From Hamiltosporidium tvaerminnensis FI-OER-3-3 (taxonomy: Eukaryota > Fungi > Microsporidia), in NCBI GenBank assembly GCA_022605425.2, contig CM061255.1, positions 1 through 64,000 on the forward strand: a stretch of 64,000 bases of DNA. Reading direction: 5' to 3'. Under the pieces are notes generated by a model. The model was not told where the DNA came from. It ran no database searches and saw only the letters and a list, made by a program, of their open reading frames with translations. This document shows, one piece after another, positions 62,611 to 64,000 of the stretch. The translations under genes and the position numbers were made by a program. Each line of letters begins with the position of its first letter. The first letter of the stretch is position 1.

Positions 62611-63101
62611 GCGAATTTAAATTTTACATTTATTTATACTTTTATGCATAAACGCATAAATAAATATTTTGCTAAAAAAAAAGTGTTATTAGGTAGTGAA
62701 GAGTTGATGTGGGTAATTCTAGGGATTTAAGGGTTGTATTGGGTAATTCTAGGGAGTGAAGGGTGTATTGGTATTAGGATTGTTAAGTTATAGTCTTTAT
62801 ATATTGTATTAGAAACATAAGCATTTATTAGAAATATAAGTATTTAGATTTATGTTTTTAATAAATATTAGAATCTAGATATTTAATTTTAAGTTAATTA
62901 TAAGGTTTGGATTATAAGTAATTTATAGGTATTTAATTATAAGGTTTCGACTATAAATATTTAAATATAAAACGTTATTATATGTTAGGTTAGGTTAGAG
63001 TATATAATATGATTTATAATTAATTTAATAAAAAACCTTAAATCTTAAACCTTAAAATTTAAAATTTAAAAATAAATTATTTTAGCCCTTGTATTTGCAT
63101 A

Positions 63102-63470
63102 AAGGAAATTATTGAGAATGAGTATGCAGAGATAAGAGTGGACACCAGAATAAAAACTCATGTTAAAATTTGGAATAATAGACCCGATATATTTATTTTA
63201 GATAGGAAGATTAGTAAGATTATACTTATTGACTTTCTAATTTGTAAGGTTGTATTTGAATTTTAAAAATACACGAATTAAGAAATATTTAGCTAATGAG
63301 TTAGCTCTTATTTATAAAAGTAGTATTAATTTAATTCTTGTATGCGATAGGTTCGTAACTTATTGATTTATTATGTACCCTGATATACTCTTTATACGGT
63401 AAAAAAATATAGAAATGAGTATTCATTTCAGATAATATTTTTTAATCTAAAAAGAGGATTTGGTTAAGAT
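63102..63470 (+). mobile_element. R4/Dong-like RLE endonuclease fragment
   Basis: EIIENEYAEIRVDTRIKTHVKIWNNRPDIFILDRKISKIILID (PD..D/E core), then KYLANELALIYK and IIFFNLKRG in shifted frames. Confidence 0.85.
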
Positions 63471-63769
63471 TAATGATTAGATTAGATAAATGCATAAAAT
63501 TATTGATGCTTAATGTGGAAAATACATCGTATTTTCCATTTATTAAGTCTTTATTTAATTAGGAAGAAGGTGCAACCAAAAAAATATTTTTAGACTTTAA
63601 TTGTTAAGGAAATAACCAAAATCAAAGCAAGGACTCAAAATATAAAAAATTCAAAAAAAAGAGAAAATATAAAATAAACTTAAGAGGTATAAAGCTTTAA
63701 TTTATTTTTAATTGAGGGCTTATTACTAATATATGCTAGACATAAGTTTATTCCTTGTAGGTATATTTA

Positions 63770-63905
63770 CATTTAAAATATATTCATTACTACCTTGTAT
63801 TTTATTTAAAATATATTTATTTTTAGTTTGTATTTTATTTGAAAGATATTCATTATTAGTTTGTATTTTATTTGAACGATTTTCATTATTACTTTGTATT
63901 TTATT
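63770..63905. repeat. Tandem repeat, 33-bp unit, about 4 copies
   Basis: ttgtattttatttgaaagatattcattattagt and its variants. Confidence 0.85.
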
Positions 63906-64000
63906 AATTTCTGACTTGTCAATACTAGTTTTTCTGGTCTAATCTCTTTGTTTTAAAGTTTTACTTTTAAAATAAACCAATTATAATTACATGTAATTAC

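Noticed and set aside
63733-63942. 69-aa hydrophobic ORF
   Set aside because: Produced by the 33-bp tandem repeat; no other coding evidence.

Overview
This is the left end of a very AT-rich eukaryotic chromosome, almost certainly from a microsporidian. The gene style suggests Hamiltosporidium (inference): intron-poor genes, CCC motifs just before ATGs, secreted LRR families and QQGVN-type low-complexity protein insertions. It opens with 65 perfect (AACCCT) telomere repeats. About 53 kb of gene-poor subtelomere follows, holding secreted or membrane protein families (two LRR genes and an unnamed family of about 5 copies, mostly broken). The subtelomere also carries transposon relics: several R4/Dong-like RLE non-LTR fragments, a Helitron PIF1 helicase, an rve integrase and a 241-bp RTE-derived element with target-site duplication. 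Core genes start near 53-57 kb: a Ubc7/UBE2G E2, glutaminyl-tRNA synthetase and DMC1. Two observations stand out. (1) An unannotated ~215-nt non-coding element occurs as two diverged copies (29088-29302 and 38858-39073, opposite strands) plus a 31-nt third fragment; the copies keep the same stems through compensatory and G-U-consistent changes, which points to a novel structured RNA. (2) A telomere-like GGGTGTTA/TTAGGG repeat system saturates the core-gene region, flips polarity between genes, accompanies duplications of gene 3' ends and is translated in frame inside GlnRS. All homology calls were made by eye, without database searches.
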